The translations under genes were made by a program, and so were the position numbers. 64,000 nt of DNA from a virus: positions 16,668 through 80,667 of IMG/VR virus record IMGVR_UViG_3300028423_001161; one strand, given 5' to 3'. Positions within the stretch are counted from its first letter, which is position 1. The number at the start of each line of letters is the position of its first letter. Of the stretch, positions 47,101 to 57,200 are shown one piece after another. Under the pieces are notes generated by a model. The model had not been told where the DNA came from, ran no database searches, and saw only the letters and a program-made list of their open reading frames with translations.

Positions 47101-49274
47101 CCAGTATCAACAGAAACATTGGGCTGAGAAGAGCAATGACCAAAGAACGGGCAACAGGCTTTGGCATGAACTTTTTGATGCTGAATGATCCTAACACTCC
47201 TGTGTTGGAGAACAGATCAGCATCTGAGATTGACGGCTATGGTCCATATCTCAGAGATGAAAACCTCATTTCAAGACTCAGCGGTGGCGCTACAAACACC
47301 ACCGAAGAGCTAGAACTCACGGTTCCTGGAGAATCCAACGAAGACTCTGTGTTTAACAAAGGTTCAATATTGATTGGTCCTCATCGTGGCCTATTTTACT
47401 ATGAGCCTAGCACAGGTATTCAGTATATGTGGAATTCTAGATCAGGCGAATATCGTCCCGTGAATCTCAGTGCTGAGCAAACACAGCAGTTGGATATTGC
47501 CTATCGTGACACAGCGTCACTGAAAGCCCCTGAGTTTCATATAGATGCCAAAGAAACCACAAGATCAATCACAGAGTGGCGGGCCACCACACAAACAGAA
47601 AAAGAGCGTCGCGATGCCGTGCTCAACGACAATGGAAATCCTGTGACTGCTATTGTGTACGGCAAAGACACAGTGGTTAGCCGCGGGGGTAGATACTATG
47701 TGGCAACATCAGATATCAACTATCAAGACAATGTAACGTTCAACAACAGCCTGTGGAGAGAAGTTTCAGATAGCGTTGAGCTGTCAGCACTTACTTCCAA
47801 CTCTACATTAACACTGACTTCTGTGCCGGGCACAGGACTAAGAACAACAGGAAATCCTGTGCCCGGCACACGCTTGCCTGGATATTTGATGACCACAACA
47901 AAACAATTTCAAGTAGGCGCCGAGACCCACACACTGTGGAGATATCGACTTAGACCCAACCCAGAGAACAGCTTCCTGATCTATGAAGCAGTACAGCATG
48001 CAGACAGCAGTGAGCCCTATTATATACTCATTGACAAATCAGCGCCTCTCACTGTGTCACATGATTTCTATGGCACTATAAACGCTCACAGCGACATGGG
48101 TGTGTACACTGATGTCAAAGACACTGACACTGCTCAAGGCAGAGATTACGATTTCACTGACTACTACTACGACAACCATGTGGACATAGAACTCAATGGC
48201 AACAACAAACTGACCAACGCCAGTGATCCCGTACAGAGAAGAAGATCGGAATCTTATGTGATTGACTTGCCTGCAGTTGAGCCTGCTATGCCTTTGAACA
48301 GTCAGATCATACCAGAACCGTTTGCTGTACAAGGCGGTAACGGCACTGATGCCAGAGAAAACTTCCTGTCGCTGCCTAGATTAACTGTTTCTAGCACACA
48401 AGAAGGCAACCCAATTGTTGACAATGATGATACCAAGCCTCTGGGAGAAGCAGAGATCACTGTGCAAGAACCTGGCTACAACAGATTTTTACTGTGGACT
48501 CCAGGATTAACACCGGGCAAATGGAGCCCGGCATATCAGGGCCCAGGTCCTCTGCCCGGAGCAGGCAATAACAACGTGGGCATTGGCTATGGGCGCGGTT
48601 ATCACACAGCCGGAGACAATCATCTGTCAGGTGAATATCCAGTAATACCATACAACGGCTATGACAAACCGTTGCCCAGGTTGCTGTATACCAGAAAATA
48701 CAGTGTGAGTCCTGCTGTGAACAACTACGTTACCAGTGTTTACACAGATAGCAACGGTCGAGAACTCACAGAGCAGGAAGTGCTAGACCTACTGGCTGAA
48801 GGCAAAACAGTAAATTACTCAGAGATAACACCCGACTTATCGGACCAAGGAAACACAGATATAAATAGTACGAAGGTCAGGCCCGAGGAAATTTTTGTAG
48901 CATGCTTTTGGACCGAGCCGCATAGATACAAGAATCAATTGGTAGGCTGGAACTACAAGGATCCAAATGCTGCAGGATTGCCAAAGCCTATCTACAGTGA
49001 CTATGATGGCACAGTAACACGAGTCAAGTATATCAGACTCACAGAGTTGCCGCCTACTGCAGTCACACAAAGGCCTATTCCAGACACAGGCTGGGCAGGC
49101 AACGACTGGAACAACAAACGCACAGATTTGGTGTTTGCAGAAAACAGCAACAGAGAAGACGAGATCTGGGACAGATACAGACCCAGTGAAAAACAAGCAG
49201 GCAGCACAGGCGATACAGATGAGAGCAACCCCACGCTCACAGTGGACACAAGCATTACGCCGAGGTTCTCCTAG
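35175..49274 (+). CDS. Giant virion structural protein (4699 aa; baseplate gp7-position) with YHYH-like domain and GSGY beta repeats
   Basis: Follows gp6. IDIDKFVNYSEYYW, RPHTHPWEMLGF, HSPVVGWASDGLPIYGPYGY, and many I/V-x-x-x-G-S-G-Y repeats. Confidence 0.75.
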   Translation: MADKKIYKRLPAVLQTTAIKNFFESTVEQLFSKSNVDNIQGFIGSQRSEDAGASGTYLPEPSITKRFYGLSPTVNTLNPDTGDSENLIYYDELVDILKTYGVDVRDHNKIFSENYSTFLPPIDIDKFVNYSEYYWAPKGPSTIVVQGTLEHPVDVDRDVLGQTQFTPPGGVPFRNGMIVEFGGDFVIPNTRLGVEYIVEGVGESIFFVPKADNFSTRFSTPGEDQFDLGLEDTDDTVETVHSSADYLSNVEILSGGVGYVEPKLFVYDNPLVSVTDNSGDNISALTPYWQDDPANVDLRTTDPSTGLQNANLISLASIVDYETQQGILTEYDTVKALYDNSELRTGSVAEFDLGVDSDHSITDVDITNNNSSDPKHLYSGQVRYVLYDKLVEHQANLSLTAEQATGNSTPQVFETSEFVLDSVTDIKVGQQITGLFKGIVKNITPASRIIELEEPVPVTVGMFSQDSTLRFQGRGFSADLRFDDVHTVTEGSVVTILESQRKPGVNPNNFNDYYVINALPGFDQDGGPPWSGTDTQEVSDYLLQQRGATNRNVWSRVNFWYHRQNFVDAGDELPPVSQRAKRPIIEFDRNLELYNHGTNSLGFVNTASTELTLDDINGRPSGFLIDGVPTENASFIFPEGKVEDIKYVYTTTTVQDDVEITFSDPANPDPSNIEIAVVGNVTLGGFAENGYVDSIEIIDPGANYTSNVEVVISHSAGRDAQATAVVDGSGSITEILLFDRTPESVSYDGEYVNVRFNGSHGLSDGDTVNVIGADPSEYNGTYQIIVTSSNEFLYLPKIRPSADTASTLPTVKTGGRSYYETGLVRVTRLPDPNLNPEDAVDGDENFVPLEAQPGDIVQVTGGSVALGREYVFESTEWSVAQEKVTVNQAPLFNLYDTSGRYLGDNGVYPNNNFAGSKIFGYATTAPDSDSVLGTQPDTELGFPVVFKQFKATSEIVFENYLDTSSYSYRPLGADSDLDVTGYYYYKLLTEPVGYHSAWKVVDDRSTQRIYTVYNITQIEVDQQRVNYFVGCLPELDSSAPSGYDIRVRVNGEIRTDYTYGTTQSGYIDFESFDLSAGDLLEIDAYGEEGLFDINTASKYELPLGWSRNPENQDILYTSEPEFLEHFRRYLSDQPGFRGDVFANNNSSSIPLNPRHATEIVNTTQDIMLGAFLIDDQPHNLVDALRFTALEYSKYKNRVQAEIDRYNQLNNIDSLGVDAVLEQVLRNVISFKVGNEVFNRTYVMPFGDNYEEETFTVALNQTDFVLSTSLDFNQLENTLLVFHNGNLLRIDNCYVLSDHAPITITVQNEVGLQPGDTITARIYNSERDSAQCPPTPSTMGLFPLYIPTILVDDSYQTPVEVILGHDGSRTPIKGDSRDHILLEYEKRIYNAAKKEFREANSLPEYNLANVRAGAFRDTGYAYTEFYDLMRNSFSRWTVDNTVDAVTNEYFDLDNEFTWNYGTQALPGHWRGIYEYYYDTVRPHTHPWEMLGFTEEPLWWDTEYTRQEINQRDEVISILSYGPDNTRLWQDLEQGIIRQGPRENFSDGRYLLDNPYRRVGLSEIIPVDNNGELISPFRLFSTGTTQILEQWQNSVTGNNDPDYAFRTSSFQQVNSLNVSYDTSGGISGNGNVYVSTTENSVSIPRKDLNVLVRDESPMPDDKIVAVLVNGEPVYGIKSPDSWNNQDVWHYNLGYDYTLQDQLRVITPQVLGISNWDSESHSPVVGWASDGLPIYGPYGYEDPSDSNSSIVAIRSPWVLREANNRQINPGGAHTGVFIEDYKYDATLSGQPGYTGKHNQRYGVTPDSPTQPIYYYVLTVDENLEPAFPYHVGGGTTNVDQWANNYFSTAPLRGRISDVLVQEQGALYDPANTTIAITDSNGNDTATANAVIEDGHIVDVVVTDAGSGYSEAQATVVDSSGSGVRAKLDVVVSTSDNSTGNSFVNTDATASIVSVLDTQLVRDGNEISNNWKFGDVAPAEYAWRSTEQYPFAVAEALLLAKPGRFARIFSEPSKLHRPDIDRRMLLNRDTNKRWQFLDPAQFSVHGDIDNNGNFVTNVGYTQFINSWLKFQGLDTDVDFVPKLRTLNMKLSHRMSGYIDKDTLTVRTDQYSNDGNATSLIVPQKNISVAVHSSPNKTRNFYSGVQIEKTLGGYRLRGYDRNQGYFSILESDQTGPRQRVTVGGEPASYVPWEPNQTYRKDAIVERLGNFYQAKLTVSSGTEFDKSLWTRLPSLPQIGGATSTLYQRTTGRTLRVNYETEFDSIDQVYDFLISLGRYQQRSGYDFGDYDEAIADVRDWSYAAKQFLFWTTGQWEVGNTLELSPLAPRVAFSVPTGFISKINRSDREQFSVVNAAGAVIDPQQCEIVRQDNRIEIAPPAGDQIYGVLLYTKEIEHAMTLDNLTEFADVIYNPVINQKHSRLKVTGTRTRNWTGKLLSEGFVIDEDELKPNLDNLAESLGRYHELGFIPVEKQVYEQARALFGYTDREYLRELDIIDDQQFDFYKGMIQSKGTDSSLTRIGRSKTVAEGNISVYSEWALRVADFGDTESDQSLELQVNKSDIVQNPQLITLALPEDITNSVERIDVLEAKFVYTSTPEIELPAPADPTGTQALAAATLDSTGKLSSITVTEAGSGYGASIGADVIAANVLVDSESTRFVEVAATPLANNIIDFDQPEIVFSVTDNISGANIDAVVPANGNVVIEDVLSEINSNALVNSHLTMRAFSNLNNGNVVYNVRLSGSDFTVTDGANIGVANGSYQPVQKYAIDTATNSEPEIDINDVTVLVDGQVVPSAQGNVTNWTFSASNTITVTSDSVYPENANANSSASFALGTTVTNIETDSNGRYRYLELYINGVRVTNIRNGLGVDANTGLPLYSGTVYEIVGGNTLRFPDINLIPKQALAELYDPPLEQAIEYNEQRELYYGFNSDTEFRLVEKATVEFDNSYQGDLPGKTLNIRVTSKDRIAVRTQTVRSFEITPDAQDDDVLFIDIDNADKFLKRPSDVADKGLWPTMSAVDASGVTDSRYPTIRNSGYVNASNVNFQAYDIGSLPDLFSDDVIIKPDSGDLIHIAVSENRDWNVYRMSQVNTNESFLFRNEDGDVSLYTDVSLFNFLDGNQIGEDNTGRFLDYVLTLKNANISDTVVVWRNEDIVQAQQYDLREFEAPRMVEARIASIGPADLTEITDLQPATSRTLQNLTLTPLDNTSNTVLVTSPDLGDLREGDAVQLIDNVGISYVSEAKHTVDTGNNTITMSAQTVESISVDSNGDGYDFVPNVTVDTGTAEGNTQAVAVVAGSIDSVDISGTSDHSEADAYLTGPGNNADIQVDIVDGSVTAINIIDPGSEYNTSALPSVSIESPANGVTANAEVTSDDIDDTTGSLLRIRVTDPGSGYTASQRPNVTIDPSPTGNDATASAVITGNIAVDVIDGGNGYVVGDSNIEVVGNGTYADASLNITGSVNQVLVQNTAVGYTGVPDVTIEAPLSGNTATATAVMNTGVDRIQEAANISSDGNVYVSLTGNVSFVTAGNSNADLTQRDLDNVRQARLILANSYLVENLDANTGTFELADTVFSDTQPLGEFVLSANATTSDNSIVIQGTPGLVDGDVVFYNSNVLGNISGVTVTNTTTTINMDSNLTANVSAGEQVSIVGDSVWQEGVIDVTGYTVKIRRQFEPLASNATYHTVNNLTLNSFTIESANVTDSVNAIGVHLNQSEITVNNHNQQVGDFVRLDTNTVSGRYQIQRIQGNTMVIDAPFRSGFTEGNIIGRGVEIKTTNPHTITSVYAANNKRVAVHFAEPLYYNKVYPISRVTPDSLIVDGFWPQDDTEHVFYEERYGTVNSAEPLFVPGDANSAVSANALSATNVIELSRNSRLNDMVAHYSSNSAVISSKHVTVFDLFTDSAGTPLSAVQLVDEQSAGNTVNYVNTVAVVDPEALPDNNVSVEVMVTRQILRSDNRYPVLTTLDHNRMFVNGSAIEIDSYNNPEALTASINRNIGLRRAMTKERATGFGMNFLMLNDPNTPVLENRSASEIDGYGPYLRDENLISRLSGGATNTTEELELTVPGESNEDSVFNKGSILIGPHRGLFYYEPSTGIQYMWNSRSGEYRPVNLSAEQTQQLDIAYRDTASLKAPEFHIDAKETTRSITEWRATTQTEKERRDAVLNDNGNPVTAIVYGKDTVVSRGGRYYVATSDINYQDNVTFNNSLWREVSDSVELSALTSNSTLTLTSVPGTGLRTTGNPVPGTRLPGYLMTTTKQFQVGAETHTLWRYRLRPNPENSFLIYEAVQHADSSEPYYILIDKSAPLTVSHDFYGTINAHSDMGVYTDVKDTDTAQGRDYDFTDYYYDNHVDIELNGNNKLTNASDPVQRRRSESYVIDLPAVEPAMPLNSQIIPEPFAVQGGNGTDARENFLSLPRLTVSSTQEGNPIVDNDDTKPLGEAEITVQEPGYNRFLLWTPGLTPGKWSPAYQGPGPLPGAGNNNVGIGYGRGYHTAGDNHLSGEYPVIPYNGYDKPLPRLLYTRKYSVSPAVNNYVTSVYTDSNGRELTEQEVLDLLAEGKTVNYSEITPDLSDQGNTDINSTKVRPEEIFVACFWTEPHRYKNQLVGWNYKDPNAAGLPKPIYSDYDGTVTRVKYIRLTELPPTAVTQRPIPDTGWAGNDWNNKRTDLVFAENSNREDEIWDRYRPSEKQAGSTGDTDESNPTLTVDTSITPRFS

Positions 49275-49286
49275 GAGTAGCACGAC

Positions 49287-51197
49287 ATGGCAAATGTGAG
49301 CATTGATGTAGCAGGTCAACTAAGACCAGATCTCGTTGCCAGAGACGTGGTGCCTGTCACTGATTCTGGTCCAGTGATAGACGGCAGTGTGCTCGAAGGT
49401 TTGCCCGGTCCTTGTGTGCCCGTGCCCCAGCCAGGTGAGCAGATACCCCAGCAGGTTACATCCTGTGTCAACGCTCCCAGCGCAAGAAACCTCAGATATT
49501 TTAACAGCAAAACACAAATACCGTTGAGCACAGAAACTGGTCAGCGATCACAGTTTGTTGGTTTTGAGTCCGTGAAAATTGCAGGAGAGGATCCTGTGCG
49601 TGTGTTTTTTGATTTCAACACAATCAACAGTGAATTCAACGGCGCAGGCGTTACTATTATACAGAGCAACACTCCATTTCCAGAAAATGCATCTTCCGCA
49701 GACATCACAGAATGGTTTGACCGACCGGATACAAGAAAGCTGCGCGACACTCGCAGCAACGGTCGAGAAGCAACCAGCAATGGACAGCAAATTGGTAGAT
49801 TTGGCTTTGACGCATGGTCGTCATCCAGAGATCCTAGCTATGGCGAAGTACAACGGCTTATTGGCGTAGAAAATCTACAATCTGACAACAATTTTGCAGT
49901 GGGCACAGACATTGCGGAGCCGCCGGTGCTTGATTTTCCTGTGGCACAGTTGCCCATTTATAGTCAAAATGCTGATCTCAGATGTCGCGGCTACGGATTT
50001 ATACAAACAACAGCAGACTGTAGAAACGGCGAGTATCTCACTGTGTTTGTGATCAGTGATATAAACACCGCCAGCTTGTTCGAAGACAGTGACCCAGTGC
50101 TGTGGCAAGCAGTAGTAGATTTCAACACTGAGTTTGTTGCAGAAAGCAATGAGCCAGAAGCCTGCAGTGAAGACACAGAGAATGCACCCAGCAGAGCGTA
50201 TCAACAGGGCGCTATTATCAACGAGTGGGTCGGTCAAAACACCTATGGCTATTTCGGCCAGGTCAACCAGCCAGGCGAAACAGCACCCAACGACTCCGAC
50301 GACGAAAACTTTATTCCTGTACAGCCCAGTGAAAGATATCTAGACAATATCTACTATCCCTATGAAATGCCAAACCCCAACGAATACCTTGCGCCCAGTG
50401 GTCTGACACCGGGCTATAATCAAGATCCACTGAGATCAGCGGTAACTGGGCCGGGTGTCACACAGCTTGCCTCAAGATATATACAGAGCCTCGACGATGT
50501 GTTTACTTTTGGCGGTCCGTATCGCACAGTGGAAATCAAAGGTTATTTTCGTGCTCCTGTTACAGGTGACTACTTGTTTTCTGCGTCTGCGCAAGACGGC
50601 TTATGGATGTGGCTCAGCAGCCGCGGTGTATCAAACACACGGAGAGTAGGCGTCAGCGAAGAAGGCGCAGAGTACTTCAAAGAGGACGGTTTCAATCCTT
50701 CAAACAGCAAAAGCTACAATAGACAAAATTATGTTTTGCGTGTAGGTGCGCTCACTGCTAACACAGGAGCAAGAACAGTGTCCAACGGAATTGCTGTAGC
50801 ACTAGAGGAAGGCAAATACTATTTTGTGAGAATATTGGCCGGTTGTCACGAGGTTGCTGGAAGATTCAGCATATCCTATCAAGCCGACACTGAAAACAGC
50901 GGCAACAATGTGGTAGGAACGTTGAGATTTTCAGGCAGAAGTTGTGTCGAAGACTCTCCTCCGAACACCACAAACCCAGATGCAACTGTGCCCGGCAGTG
51001 GAAGCGGTGGCGGCGGAATTTCATTGCCCGGGCCAGGTCCAGGCGGCGGCTTCTTGGGCACTGGAGGAGGATTTTCGGGTTCGGCTTTTGCACCAGCAGG
51101 CTTTTGGAGTCACAACTGGGGGCCAATTGGCACTTCCTTGGGCGGATTTGGTGGACGCGACAGAGATTTTAGTGTAACTATCAGGGACCCTGAGTAA
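49287..51197 (+). CDS. Virion protein with PA14/GLEYA-like carbohydrate-binding domain and Gly-rich tail
   Basis: VEIKGYFRAPVTGDYLFSASAQDGLWMWL...VALEEGKYYFVRI; AGGAG RBS. Confidence 0.7.
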   Translation: MANVSIDVAGQLRPDLVARDVVPVTDSGPVIDGSVLEGLPGPCVPVPQPGEQIPQQVTSCVNAPSARNLRYFNSKTQIPLSTETGQRSQFVGFESVKIAGEDPVRVFFDFNTINSEFNGAGVTIIQSNTPFPENASSADITEWFDRPDTRKLRDTRSNGREATSNGQQIGRFGFDAWSSSRDPSYGEVQRLIGVENLQSDNNFAVGTDIAEPPVLDFPVAQLPIYSQNADLRCRGYGFIQTTADCRNGEYLTVFVISDINTASLFEDSDPVLWQAVVDFNTEFVAESNEPEACSEDTENAPSRAYQQGAIINEWVGQNTYGYFGQVNQPGETAPNDSDDENFIPVQPSERYLDNIYYPYEMPNPNEYLAPSGLTPGYNQDPLRSAVTGPGVTQLASRYIQSLDDVFTFGGPYRTVEIKGYFRAPVTGDYLFSASAQDGLWMWLSSRGVSNTRRVGVSEEGAEYFKEDGFNPSNSKSYNRQNYVLRVGALTANTGARTVSNGIAVALEEGKYYFVRILAGCHEVAGRFSISYQADTENSGNNVVGTLRFSGRSCVEDSPPNTTNPDATVPGSGSGGGGISLPGPGPGGGFLGTGGGFSGSAFAPAGFWSHNWGPIGTSLGGFGGRDRDFSVTIRDPE

Positions 51198-51202
51198 TAA
51201 TT

Positions 51203-54200
51203 ATGAAAAACATACAACCTAGTACAAGTTCAAAGCAGAGATTCAACGAGGTGCCATACCCGTTTGTCACCCAGTCTCAGTATCAGAAGTTTTTAAACTG
51301 CATAGACTCTGAGAATCTTTCGCTGTCTGCTGACGGTCTAGGATTTACTGCAGAGCAGCTTAGATGTGCTGCTAAAGTCTTAGGAACCTGCCCTCCGGGA
51401 TATCAAAGCCGCTGTGAGAATCTAAACATTCAACAGCAGGTAGATACACCCATACTAAGTCCTGCGCCAGGAGTAAACCCTGCTAATGCAAGAAGCAGTG
51501 TGCGTGTGCCCACAGACAACAGTAATCTTGCTGTTTCAGACAGTAGAACTTCTGTGTTTCGCAAGGGGCAGTATACAACCAGCTTTGGTTCCAGTGACGC
51601 AGGCACACAGGCTACAAATTCACAGAAAACCTATATGCCCAGCTCGTTTGTGAAGCCAAAACAACAGCTGATAACACGTGAACAGTATGGTTTTGTGGCA
51701 GATCTTGACAACGACAGATTTGTCAGTGATACTGCACAGCGAGTCAGCGGCGGTTATGTGGTGCCGCTGTCACAGTCGTTGCAGACAGCCAGTAGAACAC
51801 CTCGAGCTATCAAAAACATTGAACTGCAGAATCAGCCTTGGGCACAAGGTCTACAAAGCCTTAACAATCTCAATGACACTGCCAGCAGTATTCGAATAAA
51901 TCCCAAACGCATTGGGTCTAAGGTCAACATAGGTCAGAGACCCATTGACAACGTTGTGCCAGGAAGAAAATCCATTGACACACCTCAAGGCACAGTGAGC
52001 AACAGCAGCTTCACAGGGCCAGCATTTGATCAACCGGTTGCCGAAGATGTAACCGGAAGCACCATTGACTCTGAGGGCAACAGCACTGCGCTAGGCAAAG
52101 CCATCGATAACCTCGAGTCTAACCAGAACTCAGATAATGCAACATCTGCTGGCAACAGTGTGATTGACACTGAGAATATACGCTTCAACAATGTGCCAGA
52201 AGTTGAAATAACGCCTTTGGTGCTTGATGACAGTGGAGATTATGTGCCTGCTGGCCAAACAGCCATTGCAAGGTTGTCTAAGCCCACGCCTGAATACACT
52301 GTCACAGGCGAGAGCATGCTGGGCATTCCCGAAAACAGTGAGGTCTATTTCAACGGACAAAAAGTGATCATCCGAGGCAACGATCCCAGAGATATTGCCA
52401 CACAGGTCAATTGTGCAAATATCAATCTCACTGCACGAACCACACGCGGTGCCGGAGGACAGCCAGATGTGGTTATATCCAGTTGCGACGGTTCGCCGTG
52501 GACAGTTGCCAATGGTTGTGCTGGCGGAAGATACAAACAGGTAGGCGATTTTCACATCAACAGGGGCTTTGAGCAACAGACCAACCTCTCCGAAACTTCC
52601 AGTTTAACCAACAATGCCACAGTGATCCCTGCCAGTCTATCATCATTTACAAATTCCAACGGCACAGGCCAAAGAAATCCGTTTCAGGTTATTGGAGCCG
52701 ACGGAGATCCTGTGTTACAGACCTCAGACAGCGGCGGTTTGCCAAACAGAAGCGACTATATTAGATATTTTCCTACGCCTGATGCAACAGGCCCAGGCGT
52801 CACCTCCCTGTTACCACAGGATACTCAAACATTCACTGAAAACCGTGTGTTCAGCACAGGCGGCAGTGGTTATCGCATAGGCGACAGACTGAGACTGGTG
52901 GGCGGCACCCCTGTGAACAGCAGCAAGGCGCCTCTCACTGTGATTTGTATTGACAGCGCAGGTGCTGGTTACACTGATCCGGCAAATCTTGAAGTGATAA
53001 TCAACAGCGACGGCAATGCACCGGGCATCGGGGCATCAGCAGTGGTAACAGAACTTGATGAATCCGGTGGCATTGCTGACATACAGGTAATCAACCAAGG
53101 TGCAGGCTATGATGTGCAGAATCCGCCAACCATAGAGATACGTGATCGTTCGCCGTTGTCACAGGATCTCACAGACATCAGTGCAGCATGGCCCGAGGAA
53201 GTCACACTTGACGGCGGCAGTATTGTGCGCATCCTTGCTGAACAAGACATCGATGATCCGTCTGGCGAATCTGCAGGACAGCGTGCATTCTTCACGCGCT
53301 TTGTGAGGACCACTGCTCCAGTGCAGTTTGGCACCAGCAACAGCTATACAAGAACCATATCACACAGCGGCAATCTCAGCGGTTCAGAAATTGGCATGTA
53401 CTTCCAGGAAAATGCTGCACAGCAGTCACTGGCACTGGTGCTGGATCAAGAAATCGCTGAACTTGATGAGAATATACGCCGTTTCAGCTATATTGGAATT
53501 TCAGTGGACGGCGGCCAAGAACAATTGTATTGGATTCCTGATTTGTCTACCACTGAGGGCGCCGGCGACAGATATCCAAACTTTGCCGGGGTAGTAACAC
53601 TGGAAAGTGCTTTTGACAGTCAGCAAGATGTTGAAGCAGCATTTCCGGAAGGAAGCACTGTTAGTATACGTGTAAAAACACCTTGGTGGAAAAATCTTGT
53701 GCCTGGCAACAACGGAGAAAGACCCACACTGGTAGACACTGTGGATCCTCGTGTACAAAAAGTGCCAGCACAGCTCAGTGCTAAAATTGGCATTAGGCCC
53801 GATGCTGTAAACAACCCTGACAGTCTTGAGAACACAAACAGTGCGTTTCTAGATGGTTACAGTGGTCTAGCAGGACCGTTGCGTGTGGCAAAATTCATTG
53901 TAACTGCTGTGGACAACGAAGGCGGAATCACAGCACTGAGAGTGATTGACAGAGGTCTCTACAAGATTTTTCCAAGTGATCTCACCTATGGCATTCCCCT
54001 AGAGTACGATTATGAATCACAGGGACTGGCCACTTTATCGGAATCAGGCACCAGCATTGACAGCACACAGCGTTATAGACTGTTGGGTGTAGGCGATCCA
54101 GCCAGAGACAACATAGGCTATGGACCGGGTCACCCAGAGTATCAAAGCTATTCATACATAGGAGACGGATCAAACATAGCATATGTGGGTTCAGCCGCAG

Positions 54201-57200
54201 ACCAAGCACCCACTGACACAGCAGGCACTACTACCACAGATTCAAGCTCTAGTGAAACTAGGTCAGTGGGCGAGCCAGATCCTGACACATTTACTGCAAC
54301 CACTAATCCATTGAGCACCCAAGACTGTGACGGTGTTCAGTACGGACGTCTAAGCTGGAACAACAGTGATCTCACAGCTACAACTGCAGAAGCAGATACT
54401 CCTGGCTCGTGGACAGGAACCACTCTGGAAGTGGGTGATCGCATTGCATTCCAGGCATCGTTTGGAGACGCACGCTGGTACGAAGGTCGCGTGACCCGAA
54501 ATGACTCAGGCAGGTTTGGTTGGAGCGTGCTTGATAATGAGCCGCCTAACCTTGCTAGCTGGGCAAGACAGTTTAGGTTTGGCGTGGTCATAGGCGAGCA
54601 CTGCCTGTATAGCACACAGGAAATAGTAGCACCTCCTCCTCCGCCACCCGAAGACGACAACGACACAGGAGGCGGCACTACTCCGCCTCCCACAGAGGAT
54701 GACACACTTGATCCTCCAGAACCGGGCACAACTCCTGAATCTAGATTCTTTACACCATTCAAGCATCCCAACTGGGCAATCTACCCTGAGTTCTACTGGG
54801 ACGGCCAACGCTACCAGGTCTATGAAGGTAGCCCAGGTGACTATGATCCTAGCACATTTGTGATTGTCAACACCGACGGACTGTTGGATGAATACGGCGA
54901 TGAAGATATTCCTCAGAGTGAGTGGCCAAGCATTGCCAGTGAAGCAGCTGAACAGGGCAAACTGCTGAGAAAAATCTATCGCATTGATCGCAATCCCTTG
55001 AATGAAAACACATTCGGACAGTACGCACCTGGGCGGCCTATTGCAGGCGGCACAGGCGCAAGACTGTTTCTCACCAGCGAAGAAGTGCCCGACTGCAGCG
55101 AGAAAAGCACTGCCAAAGAAAGCCTGGGCATGCCTGATGTGGTTGACGAAATAAATGCTCCCAATGCTATTACACGAGCACTCAATGATGCCTTAGAAAG
55201 TGCAGGCTATGCTCCCGAAGACATAGAATTTTCAGTGACGCCTGTTGGCGATCTATCTAAGATTTCACTGGACACACCTTTTAATGGAGTTTCAATTGAT
55301 TCTCCGACGCCAGGATTCCTTGAAAAGCTGGGCATACCAGCAGGCACATACAACACAGGCATACTCTGTCTTGAGGGCGAGCTTGCTGACCCCGATCTCA
55401 GCAATGAGCAAGCACTGGCGTTGGTGAGACAGCTCTATGATGATCCTGCCAACAACCTTGGGTTACTAGACAACCAAAGACTGGCTGATATTATTCCCAA
55501 CGACCCAGATGCGCTCAATGATCCCTCGTATGTGCTTAATCTTCTGTGTATAGGCAGACTGGGGAGATTGCTGCCACAGCCCAACGGTGGCGTTGCAGGA
55601 CCACTCAATGACAACAACAGTGTGTTCAATGATGCACTGCCCAGTAGAATACAAGAGCTTTATCAGTATGACATTGTTAATCTCTATGGCGAGAGCGTAA
55701 CGCTGTCTGGTTCTCAGCGCCAACAGGCGCCAGTGAATATTTTTGAAAGCAAACGCTTCAACGATAGCAACCGCATTGAAGACACAGCAAATACCATTGG
55801 TTTGATTGTGGATCAGTCAGACAGTTCAAATGTTACTGTGGTAGGCAGTGAAACTGCACTTGAAGACACAGCACTCAGCGCAGAGCCCAATGCCTGGGTA
55901 GACAACTATCAAGGCCAAGGCTGGGCATATTTGGAAAATGGTGTGGTGCAACTGCGTCAAGAACCACTGGTTGACATCAAGGCCATCGACAGTGCCCAGA
56001 TGTATCAAGCAGAAACAGGCGAAACTGCTCTGCAACTGAACTTCTGGGATCCGTTCAAAGGTGTATTGCCTGGCTTTATACAGAACGAAATACATTTTAT
56101 CTCAGACGAAGACCCAGTGAGCTACAACAATGCTAGGACCATGTTTGGCCGTAACACAGTGGGCAAAGTGTGGTGGGACACCAGCACAGTGAGATATGAA
56201 TGGTACGAGCAAGGTTCAAATCAACAGCGCCGCGACCGCTGGGGCCGTGCTTTCCCCGGCAGTAGCATCACAGTGTGTGAATGGGTGGAAAGCACCGCAC
56301 TGCCTGCTAATTGGAACGGCAACGGCATACCCAGATGGGCAGATCGTTATATCACAGAACGCAGACAAGATCCAGACACAGGCGAGTATCAGCTTTACTA
56401 CTATTATTGGGTACAAAACCGCAGTGTGATTGACGATCGCATAGCACGCAAATGGAATCGTCAGTGGGACACACAAACCATTGCGCGTTATATTTCAAAT
56501 CCAGTGGGCTATGGCGTGAGTCTGATTAACTTTGTCAGCAACGACGGAATTACACTGAACAATACCAAAAACTCTATATCCGACGAAGACCATCACCTAC
56601 AGGTTAATTTTGATAGAAATCTAAATCCTAACGGACTCAAGCACACAGCATGGAAGCTGATGCGCGACGGTGATAGCCGCAGCACAGTACCCGAGCATCT
56701 AGCAGACAAACTCATTGACAGTTTGTGTGGAGAAAATGCTCTGGGACAGCCTGTGCCCGACCCCACGCTGAGTGTGGTAGAACGCTTGGGCATCAAGTTT
56801 CGCCCACGGCAAAGCATGTTCCGTGATGCTAAGGCTGCGCGACGTGTAATGGCAAGCACATTGAATCGCATCCTCAGCAACACCAAGGTACGCTCTGAAC
56901 ACCCCAATTGGGATTCTTCGCTGCCGTCACAGAGAACCTATGTTCAAACACGCAACTGGTATGCTGTGCTAAGAGTAGACCCTACTACCAACGAGCAAAT
57001 ACTCTATGATGACAGTTACAAACCTGTGCTAAATGTAGACAGTGTGAGCGATCTTTTCAAACTCAACGATTTACCCGATGGCACAGTGGTGCAGGTCATA
57101 GGCAGCAAAGACGACAACAATCAACTGTGGCAGTATATTGCACGAGAGCAAGACTTTCGACAGATTTCCATATTTGATGAAACTGTGGCGCTTGCAGATC

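Noticed and set aside
49272-49286. TAG reassignment (code 15), suggested by in-frame TAGs between the 4699-aa and 636-aa ORFs
   Set aside because: TAG ends gp47, gp5, the hub and fibre genes at natural positions, and conserved genes are not fragmented. The spacer also contains an AGGAG RBS.
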